64,000 bases of DNA from Pelagomonas calceolata (lineage: Eukaryota). The translations under genes were made by a program, and so were the position numbers. Shown here one piece after another: positions 52,658 to 60,936 of the stretch. Every line of letters begins with the position of its first letter. Position 1 is the stretch's first letter. The notes below the pieces were generated by a model that worked only from the letters and a program-made list of their open reading frames with translations, did not search any database and was not told the origin of the DNA. The stretch is taken from contig CAKKNE010000005.1 in assembly GCA_918797485.1 (NCBI GenBank), positions 2,480,001 through 2,544,000 of the forward strand, given 5' to 3'.

Positions 52658-53941
52658 ATGCGAGCAGCCCTCGCCTGCACCCTGCTCCTATCAATAGCAA
52701 GCGCGCTCCGCCCGCCGCCGCGCAAGCGATGCATCAACCCATCACAGACGGCACTCCAGGCGCTACCGGTGCAACGCGTGGGCCTCGCCGCGGCGCGCGC
52801 GCGCTTCGCGGCGCAGTGGCCGCTCTACGCAACCATACCAATGTGCGCGGGCCTCTTCAACGCGCTCACGAACAAGCTGGCGGTGACGATGATGTTCTTC
52901 CCGATCCGGCGGCGCGGTTTTGGCTTGCTGGGCTGGCAGGGCGTCGTGCCCAAAGCCGCGCGGCGCATGGGCGGCGACGTCTCCGACCTGCTCACCAAGG
53001 ACCTGCTGAACGTGACCGAGGTCTTGCGGCGGGTCGACCCAGAGACACTTAGCCAGAGATTATGCACGCCGGCGCTCGTGGAACTCGGCAAACGGCTCGT
53101 GAAGGACGAGGTCGAACTAGCGTCGCCGCTGGTGACGCCGGCGCTGGTCCGGCGCGTTATACAGAGGTGCGTCGCGCGCGTCCAGGGCGACGTCGACTCG
53201 TTCGTGGACGTGCGCCACCTCTGCGTCGAGCGACTTACAAAAGATCCATATCGATTAGTGCGCCTCTTCAAGACGTGCGGCAAACGGGAGCTCGACCTCG
53301 TCGTGAGCGTCGGCGGCTGGGGCGGCTTGGGGCTGGGCCTGGCCCAGATGGGCGCCTGGGCGGCGTTCCCCTTCTCGTGGACGCTGGCCGCGGGGGGGGC
53401 TCTCGTGGGCCTCGTGACGGACTGGGTCGCACTACAATTACTTTTTAGACCCGTGGAGCCGCGGCGGTTTTTGGGAGTGATGTGGCACGGGTTCTTCCTG
53501 CGGCGGCAGGCCGAGGTGAGCCGCGACTTCGCGGCGTTCGTGGCCGCCGAGTTGGTCGCGCCGCGGCACCTCTGGCGCGCATTGTTGGAGGGGCCCCGTT
53601 CATCACGTTTCGTGGAGGCCCTCGCGGACGCGTTCGCCGAGGAGCTGCCGGGTGGGCTGGGGGCGGTCGGCGGCCCGCTGCGCGGCGCGCTCGAGGCCGC
53701 GGCGGCGCGGGGCGTCGCGGCGGTCGCGGCGGACCCCGCGGCCTACACGGACCCGTCGGCCGACTACGTGGCGGGCGCGCTCGACGTCGCGGGCGCCGTC
53801 GGCGCCGCGCTCGAGGCGCTGCCCGGGGCGCGCTTCGAGCGCGTGCTCCACCCCGTCTTCGAGCAGGACGAGGCGACGCTCATCGCCGTGGGTTGTTTGT
53901 TAGGGGGCCTCGTGGGGCTCGCGCAGGTGCCGCTCTATTAA
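52658..53941 (+). CDS. DUF445-like membrane protein
   Basis: GLFNALTNKLAVTMMFFP..GWQGVVP, a second repeat GLVTDWVALQLLFRP..WHGFFLRRQ, C-terminal DEATLIAVGCLLGGLVG. Confidence 0.75.
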   Translation: MRAALACTLLLSIASALRPPPRKRCINPSQTALQALPVQRVGLAAARARFAAQWPLYATIPMCAGLFNALTNKLAVTMMFFPIRRRGFGLLGWQGVVPKAARRMGGDVSDLLTKDLLNVTEVLRRVDPETLSQRLCTPALVELGKRLVKDEVELASPLVTPALVRRVIQRCVARVQGDVDSFVDVRHLCVERLTKDPYRLVRLFKTCGKRELDLVVSVGGWGGLGLGLAQMGAWAAFPFSWTLAAGGALVGLVTDWVALQLLFRPVEPRRFLGVMWHGFFLRRQAEVSRDFAAFVAAELVAPRHLWRALLEGPRSSRFVEALADAFAEELPGGLGAVGGPLRGALEAAAARGVAAVAADPAAYTDPSADYVAGALDVAGAVGAALEALPGARFERVLHPVFEQDEATLIAVGCLLGGLVGLAQVPLY

Positions 53942-54066
53942 TTTATCCTTGAAGTCATGACGAGCACCCCCTCCACGCCATCGACGACGCCGCGGCGAGC
54001 TAGGACAAACCAAGTTCTTGAAAAACCGGCATTACAACGAGCGAGCGATAAGGGGAGGGTATGGGC

Positions 54067-55305
54067 TCAGTCGCCCATCTTCTTCTGCTGCGAGAAGACC
54101 CAGCGCTCCGTCACGTGCGGGTCCTCCGCGTACGAGGCGACCTCGTCGACCGCCGTGCCCAGCCACTTCGGTAACAAGGACCCCTTTTGTCGGTCGCTCG
54201 AGAAGCCCGCCTCGTCGACCTCGGCGGCCGCCGCGCCGCCCACGAACAGGCCGCGCTGCTGCGCCGTCAAGGTCGCGTCGACGGCGGGCGGCGCGTCGCA
54301 GACGTCCGCGCCGTTGCGCACGGCGCAGAATTCACTGGGAGACCAGCCCGCCTGTTTTGCGAGTGCATAGACATGTTGCTTGGCCCCAGCCGGCAGCGAC
54401 GGCTCGCGCGCGTAGACGAACGCGCCCTCGTACGTATTTTGGGACGTCTTGCCGCTGTAGTGCACGAACTTGAATTCCGGCTCGTCTTTACTATTCTCTC
54501 CAATAACAGACCAGTTCTCCCAGAAGGTCAGGCCGAACATGTGGCCTTCCGTTCTCGCGTGCCTTCTCTTCTGCGATAGGACACTATCAGGAGCTTGCTT
54601 GGAGTCGAACACAAGCTTCTCAGACAAACGTAAAGGGTAGGCCGACGCCTCGCCATTACGGCCGGGCCGGGGCATCTGGAACTCGACGTCGACGTCCAGC
54701 TTGTCCTTGCCCGCTTGCTTGAAGGAGTTCTTTTGGCAGTCGAAGCAGTCGTACCGGTTGTTGTAGCCCATGACCTTGTACCAGCTCCCTTCCAGGGACT
54801 TCGTGTCGAAGTTCGATACGGGAGTCAAGGGGGGCATCGGCGCGTCGGCGGCCTTGTCCGGCCCCGGCGGGAGTATGGCCACTTTGATGCACTCGTGCCT
54901 TTCGATCGAGCACTCGAGCAAGTCGTCCATGGGCGCGTTCCCGTACTTCGCGAAGCAGCCCGTGATGCAGGCGTTGTCCCCCAGACACTTCGCCGTGCAG
55001 GTCATGCCCCGCCGGCAGTCGTCGGTGCGCAAACACGACTGCGCGGCGGCGCCGCACGCGCCGTCGGGCTTGAAGCACGACGTGTCGATGAGCGACGCGT
55101 CGAGGCCGCCGCCGTACTTCGCCGCTAATTCATTATCCGCGAGGGCCGGCCCGGCCGCGCAGAGCGCGGCCGCGGCCGCGGCCGCGGCCGCCGCGCGCGC
55201 GAGGCCCGCCCAGGGCGCCGCGGCGGGCTTGATCGCGGGCTTGACCTGAGCGGGGCCGCGGAGGCCGTGGCTCGTCGCCGCGAGGAGCAGGAGCAGGCGC
55301 GCCAT
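54067..55305 (-). CDS. Violaxanthin de-epoxidase-like protein (VDL), thylakoid lumen
   Basis: Signal plus thylakoid-transfer PALA-DNE; Cys-rich CTAKCLGDNACITGC; lipocalin WYKVMGYNNRYDCFDCQ, ENWSV, FVHYSG...YEGAFVYAR. Confidence 0.85.
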   Translation of the reverse strand: MARLLLLLAATSHGLRGPAQVKPAIKPAAAPWAGLARAAAAAAAAAALCAAGPALADNELAAKYGGGLDASLIDTSCFKPDGACGAAAQSCLRTDDCRRGMTCTAKCLGDNACITGCFAKYGNAPMDDLLECSIERHECIKVAILPPGPDKAADAPMPPLTPVSNFDTKSLEGSWYKVMGYNNRYDCFDCQKNSFKQAGKDKLDVDVEFQMPRPGRNGEASAYPLRLSEKLVFDSKQAPDSVLSQKRRHARTEGHMFGLTFWENWSVIGENSKDEPEFKFVHYSGKTSQNTYEGAFVYAREPSLPAGAKQHVYALAKQAGWSPSEFCAVRNGADVCDAPPAVDATLTAQQRGLFVGGAAAAEVDEAGFSSDRQKGSLLPKWLGTAVDEVASYAEDPHVTERWVFSQQKKMGD

Positions 55306-55962
55306 CCAAGCCGGACTGGTTGCCGTCGAGAGCCTTGTTTGGGGCCGCTGGGGCGCGTGCGAGCACGACGCGCGCTGTGGGACGTTGCTGGGCTGAGCTT
55401 TGAAGCTTAACGAGCTCTGCTTGCAAGGAGATGCGTAGATGGCGTGTTTGGGCCAATTTTGCGGCTTGTCGCAGATATCCTGATTTTGACCCCGTACGGT
55501 TTCGTGCAACGTGGCATGCGCCCGACTTACGTCAAAGTTGCAAATCCGCCGCCCGTCCACCAGAGAGCCCGAAACGGCTCCGCTCCCGTCGCGGTTTGTC
55601 TTGGGTGGGCTTCTCTGATACAAGCTCGTATGCGAGTGAAGCCGCTCGAAAAGAAACAGCAGCCCCGGGGTTCGGAAACATCGTAGCGCGAGCTGAGGAG
55701 TTGGTTGGGACGCGGGCGGCGGAGGCGCGGAGAGGAGGCCCCGCATCCTGCAAAACACAGGCGGATTAAAACCCAATCGGCAGCGGTTAGAGACGCACCC
55801 GCAAGCTCGTGAGTTCTTCATTCATCACCCAAGCCCACCGGCAAGCCAAACCGTGCCGCACCGCGCTCACCAGCCAACTCTCAGTGCTCTGCCTGGACAC
55901 CTGCTGGCCCACGCGCGCGCCGAGTGCCGCGGTAGAGCGCAAACAAAAGAAAACCAAAAGCC

Positions 55963-56799
55963 ATGCGACGAAACCGCCGCGTCGCGCTCGCGCTGGCCGC
56001 GGCGGCCGCGCGCGCGATCCGCCCGACGCCGCGCGCGCCGCGGCCGCCGCGGCCCCGCCCAGGGCCGCGCGCCGCGCCCCGGGCCGCGGGCGCGGAGAAG
56101 CCGAACCTCGCGGCGGCCGACGTCCGCGGCCGCCTCGAGGCCATGAGCCGCCGCTTCGACCGCGACGCGACGGACCTGTTGAAGACGTGGCTGCCCGAGG
56201 ACGTCGACGCGCGCGCCGTCGGGCGCAGCCTGCGCTTCTACCTGCGCATCGTCGCCGTGTCCTTTTTGGTGAGGTGGTTCGTCGCCGAGCCGCGCTACAT
56301 CGAGTCGTCGAGCATGGCGCCGACCTTCTTACCGGGCGACCAGATCGCCGTCGAGAAGGTGTCGACGCTCGCGCGCCTGCCCGCGCCCGGCGAGGTCGTC
56401 CTCTTCCGGCCGCCCCGGAGCGCGCTCGACGCCGAGCGCCAGTCGGAGCTCGACCGCGCGGCGCGCCGCGGCGCGCCGCCGCCGCGCGACCGCACCCAGC
56501 AGCGGCGGCGCGACGTCTTCGTGAAGCGCGTCGTCGCGGGCCCCGGCGACGTCGTCGAGGTCCGCGACCGCGTCGTCTACGTCAACGGCGCGGCGGCGGC
56601 CGGCGCCGCGGCCGCGACGGCGCCGGCGTACACGCTCGAGCCCCGGCGCGTGCCGCCGGGCAGCCTCTTCGTCCTGGGCGACAACCGCAACCGGAGCTTC
56701 GACTCGCACGTCTGGGGCGCGCTGCCGCGCGAGAACGTCGTCGGGCACGTCATCCTGCGCTACTGGCCCCCGGGCCGCTTCGGGCTCGTGGAGCACTAG
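55963..56799 (+). CDS. Signal peptidase I (thylakoidal processing peptidase-like)
   Basis: EPRYIESSSMAPT, DVFVKRVVAGPGD, VLGDNRNRSFDSHVWG. Confidence 0.9.
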   Translation: MRRNRRVALALAAAAARAIRPTPRAPRPPRPRPGPRAAPRAAGAEKPNLAAADVRGRLEAMSRRFDRDATDLLKTWLPEDVDARAVGRSLRFYLRIVAVSFLVRWFVAEPRYIESSSMAPTFLPGDQIAVEKVSTLARLPAPGEVVLFRPPRSALDAERQSELDRAARRGAPPPRDRTQQRRRDVFVKRVVAGPGDVVEVRDRVVYVNGAAAAGAAAATAPAYTLEPRRVPPGSLFVLGDNRNRSFDSHVWGALPRENVVGHVILRYWPPGRFGLVEH

Positions 56800-57077
56800 A
56801 TTTTTAAGGGGGGCCTTGTGTGACCCGTGCGTTCCCTAGTCGACGGGATATAGGCACTATGCTGGCGCGTGGGGCCCCCGTGCGGCGGTGGGGCGCCCGC
56901 CACCGAATACCGCGAACGTTGGGTTGGGCCGTCGCCCCGCGCACGAAGCTATCTCGCGGCCAGGCTTCGGCTAGTAGCTTTAGAGCTGGTTTATCTTAGC
57001 TTTGATCGATTCCAACATAGCCATCTTTAGCAGCCCCGGGAGGCGCTTTGAGGTTCAGGGCCAACAACAGCTTCGAG

Positions 57078-58541
57078 ATGCGGGCCCCCCGGCGGCGGGG
57101 CGCAGCGGCGGCAATCCTGGCCGTGGGGTGCTGGTGCCACCAGGCGGCCGGCACGCCTACCTCTTCACCGAGCTCCTCGCCGAGCTCCTCGCCGACGTCG
57201 GCCCCGAGCGGCGCCGCGGCCGCCGCGGCCGCCGCGGGCGGCGGCGCGCGCGAGCTGCCGACCGGGCGGCGCCTGCAGGCACCGGACGTGCCGACGCCCT
57301 GGCCGACGGAATACGACCCGTTCAGGCCGACGGAATGGCCGACGACCGCGCCGACGCTCACGTCGAAGCCGACGGCGCACGAGTACCAGGACAACCTCGT
57401 GGCCTACTACCCGATGACGCGCGGCAAGCTGGACGACGCCCACGCGTCGGGATTCCACGGCAAAGCCAAGAAACCCGAGTACCCTGAGAGCGACATTATG
57501 GTTGCCGCGGATCTGCGGCAGACCGAGGCGCGCGACGGTCCCGAGGGCGACGCGGTGGCGCTCAACAACAGCAAGCACATCGAGCTGCCGGACAACGTGA
57601 CGAGGTCCATCTCCGGGGACCGGCCGAGGACGGTCTGTCTCTGGGCGCGGATCGACAAGTGGAAGAACAAAGCCCGGATCTTCGAGTACGGCAGGAAGGC
57701 GCCCCAGGGAGAGCTGTTCGGCCTGCGCACCTGGAACGTCCCGGGCGAGTTTGCGGTCGAAATGTCATGGAACGTTCGGAACCATTGGGACAATCGACAC
57801 GTCGTCCTGAGCACGAACGTCAGCATGGTGCCGGCGCCGACGCCGATGCCATTTGAGAGCCGCCGACTTGACGGCGCCGCCGGCGAGACGTCGTTCCCTA
57901 CGGCGGCCCCCACGCCGCAGAGCCCGTGGGTGAAGACGTGGCACCACTACTGCATGACGTACGCCGCGGAGCCGCACCCGAAGGAGAAAGATCGGTACCT
58001 CCCAGGGAACGTGACCCTCTACGTGGACGGCCGCAAGGAGGGGTTCTGGAAGAACGCGACCGTCAACACGAGCCTCGGCTCGCCGCTCTACATCGGCGCG
58101 GACATCCACGGCTCCGGAACGCTAGAGGGCGCCGTGGACGAGGTGTACGTCTACGACAAGGCTCTGGAGGCCTGGCAGGTCGAGGTGCTCCACGGCATCC
58201 TCAGTCCGCCGACGGTCGCGCCGTCCGCTGCGCCGACGCCGGTGCCGAGCCCAGCCCCGACCATGACACATGCCCCAAGCAACGCGCCGACCGAACTCTG
58301 CAGAGACTACCGGGTGAGCGGATTTTCGTGCCCCGATTCGGAAGGCGGGGATTTGAACGGCCACTACGAGTACGTCGCGATGACGAGCGACGGGCGGCCG
58401 ATCTACGCCTCCGCCAGCAGCACGCATTACCTCTTCTACGACGCGAGCTGCGGCGACGGCAGCGATGCGCCCTGGAGTAGCGGTTGGTTCGTTACACTGT
58501 CCCCCCGATCCCCGGCAATAAATTGCCTTTGCTTTGCTTAG
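57078..58541 (+). CDS. Secreted LamG/concanavalin-like domain protein; 3' end uncertain
   Basis: Signal peptide; LVAYYPM, RTVCLWAR, WHHYCMTY, LYVDG, LYIG, GAVDEVYVYDKAL. Confidence 0.75.
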   Translation: MRAPRRRGAAAAILAVGCWCHQAAGTPTSSPSSSPSSSPTSAPSGAAAAAAAAGGGARELPTGRRLQAPDVPTPWPTEYDPFRPTEWPTTAPTLTSKPTAHEYQDNLVAYYPMTRGKLDDAHASGFHGKAKKPEYPESDIMVAADLRQTEARDGPEGDAVALNNSKHIELPDNVTRSISGDRPRTVCLWARIDKWKNKARIFEYGRKAPQGELFGLRTWNVPGEFAVEMSWNVRNHWDNRHVVLSTNVSMVPAPTPMPFESRRLDGAAGETSFPTAAPTPQSPWVKTWHHYCMTYAAEPHPKEKDRYLPGNVTLYVDGRKEGFWKNATVNTSLGSPLYIGADIHGSGTLEGAVDEVYVYDKALEAWQVEVLHGILSPPTVAPSAAPTPVPSPAPTMTHAPSNAPTELCRDYRVSGFSCPDSEGGDLNGHYEYVAMTSDGRPIYASASSTHYLFYDASCGDGSDAPWSSGWFVTLSPRSPAINCLCFA

Positions 58542-59283
58542 AGCTAGGGCGCCTAGCCCCACCGAGCCGTCCGTGACGAGTCGCGTCGACGGCGCGGGGT
58601 CTGCCTCCATAGGGGGGGGGACGCCAGGTCCTGAGCGAGTCTTAATCGATCCAAAATTACGTGCTTTTTCGCATGGAGCCTCCGAGAGGGGTCGGTAGCC
58701 CCGCCCTAGGTCAGGGGTCTGCACGGAGGTCGATGACGATGAGAGGGAGAGCTCCAAAGTCGTCAAAAACCCGTTTAGTAGGTTTAGCGGCGTGCCGGCT
58801 GCAGCTGCATGCGTTCAGCGCGGCGGATACAACGGTCTTTTAGGGTGCTGCAGCAAAGGTGATGACTTAGTGGCGGCTCTGGACGCCGTTCGGGCCGATG
58901 AAGGCAGCTTAGGAGCGAGCCGAATCACATCGTGCGGGTATTTTTTGCAGTCATCGGTCTGCCAAAACGCCAAATCCCGACGACCCCATCCCAAACTTTG
59001 TTAGGGGACGGGAATCGACCTGGTTAACCTTCGTTTTAGAAAATCCGGCGCATAGGACTGCGTTTATATTCGCTATGGAGCAATCCTAGTCTGGTGTCCC
59101 CCCCCATGCCTCCATACACCGACGGCGGCGATTCCCACACACGTGGTTTTTCAATCCTCTCTAGAGAAATTATGAGGGCGTACTGTCACGCGTCCCGTGG
59201 CCCAGGCAGCTCTAAGCAAAGCATCGCTACAAGGTCGCGTCGTCGCCAGGCGAAATGCCACCTCTCAAGGACGGACCCAGTGT

Positions 59284-60579
59284 TCACACGAAAACAGGCC
59301 AGTTACTTCTTTTCCGCCGCTTCTTCCGCGACGCGTGGTTCCCGCAGTCGGCGCCGCCGTTCGCCGCGGCGCAGCACACCTGGCAGCACGACCGGACGCA
59401 GGCGTGCTTCGCCGGCTCGCCGCAGCCGCAGAGCCGCAGGTTCGCCCCCGCGACGGCGCGGCGCTGCCTCTCCGACGGCGGCCGCGGCTCGCGGCGCCGC
59501 GGCGCCGCCGGCGCGTTCGCGCGCATGGCCGCGTCCTTCGCCCGGCGGCGCTCGGCCCGGCCCCGCGCCAGGAGCGCCGCGTAGGCCGGCGCGTCCGGCG
59601 CGGCGCGGTCGCGCGCCCGCAGCGGGCCGGCGTCGTCCGGCAGGGCCGCCGCGAGCTCGGCCACGGTCCGCGCGGCCGCGACCGCCTCGCGCAGGTCGGC
59701 GTCGCGCGCCAGCGCGGCGTGGAGCATGGCGACGACGTGCGCGCGCGCCCACGAGACGGGCGCGGCCGCCGCGAGCGCGAGGTACGCGCGGCACGCCGCG
59801 GCCGCCGCGGGCCGCGGCGCCGGCGCCGCGGAGAAGAGCCAGGGGTCCGCGAGCAGCGCCTCGGCCGACATGACGGCCGCGCAGCCCGTCGCGCGCCGCA
59901 GCGCCGCGGCGTCCGCGGCGCGCCGCACGCCGCCGTTCGCCACGACCGGCACGGCCGCGCCGACCGCGGCGACGACCGCCCGCACGGCGGGCCAGCAGGC
60001 CTCCGCGAACGTCTTGCCCGCGCGCGTCCGCGCGTGCACGCAGACGGCGGCCGCGCCGGCGGCCACGAGCCGCTCCGCGAGCGCGACCGTCGCCGCGACG
60101 TCGACGTCGAGGCCCTCGGCGTCGCCGGCCGCGCGGCACCGGATCTTCGCCGTCGCCGGCAGGGGCGAGGCCTCGGCGACGGCGCGCACGGCGCGCGCGG
60201 CCCCGTCGTCGTCCAGGAACGCGCCGTAGCCCCCGCGCCGCGCGCAGGCCTGCGGGCAGCCCAGGTTCACGTCGATGGCGTCGCAGCCGCCCCGCGCCGC
60301 TATCTCCCGGGCCGCCGCCGCCAGCGTGGCGGGGTCGCCGCCGCCCAGCTGCGCGATCAGCGGCCGGTCCTCGGCGCACGCGTCGTCCGGCACGTGGTCC
60401 CGGCGGTACGCCGCGTCGCGGACGACGAGGTCCGCGTGGAGCATGGGCGTGTAGCACAGGTCGCAGCCGTGCCGCCTGACCAGCAGCCGGAAGGCGCGCT
60501 CCGACTGGTCGACCATCGGCGCGCAGACGGTGGCCGGGCTCCCGAGGGACCGCCACCAGGCCCACGGCTCGCGGGCCAT
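59284..60579 (-). CDS. DUS1: tRNA-dihydrouridine synthase, DUS1-like
   Basis: APMVDQSE, YTPM, DRPLIAQ, DVNLGCPQ..ARRGGYGAFL, KIR, ANGG, MSAE, C-terminal Cys cluster. Confidence 0.88.
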   Translation of the reverse strand: MAREPWAWWRSLGSPATVCAPMVDQSERAFRLLVRRHGCDLCYTPMLHADLVVRDAAYRRDHVPDDACAEDRPLIAQLGGGDPATLAAAAREIAARGGCDAIDVNLGCPQACARRGGYGAFLDDDGAARAVRAVAEASPLPATAKIRCRAAGDAEGLDVDVAATVALAERLVAAGAAAVCVHARTRAGKTFAEACWPAVRAVVAAVGAAVPVVANGGVRRAADAAALRRATGCAAVMSAEALLADPWLFSAAPAPRPAAAAACRAYLALAAAAPVSWARAHVVAMLHAALARDADLREAVAAARTVAELAAALPDDAGPLRARDRAAPDAPAYAALLARGRAERRRAKDAAMRANAPAAPRRREPRPPSERQRRAVAGANLRLCGCGEPAKHACVRSCCQVCCAAANGGADCGNHASRKKRRKRSNWPVFV

Positions 60580-60600
60580 GCCCCGCAGTGGATTGCTTTG

Positions 60601-60670
60601 GCTGCACGCTGTCGAGCCAAAAAGCTGTGTCGTCTGCTGCACGCTGTCGAGCCGTAAAAGCTGTGTCGTC
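60601..60670. repeat. ~35-bp tandem duplication in the DUS1 5' region
   Basis: GCTGCACGCTGTCGAGCC(A/GT)AAAAGCTGTGTCGTC twice. Confidence 0.85.
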
Positions 60671-60936
60671 GAGCCCTCCGCGCAGGAAGCTAGGCGACAG
60701 TAAGGTACTGTATAAGTTAAGTATAGTACTCTTATAACGGGTTTCTATGCCCGCACGATAAGAAAGCTCGGGTGGACCTCTCGGAGCCCGTCGTCGGACG
60801 AGCGATACGCGTGGTACTGGCCTTCCCGTCGCTGGACTCTGCTCTGAAATCCTGCGGACCGAGCAAAGCACATCGTGGAGGAGGGAAGTGCCGTAGTTCA
60901 TCCCAAATCGTGGAGGAGGGGGCTGCCGTCGTTCTC

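Noticed and set aside
58543..58557. GCTAGGGCGCCTAGC as another copy of the promoter motif
   Set aside because: The arms nearly abut, and both the TAAGA core and the CACTAG arm are missing.
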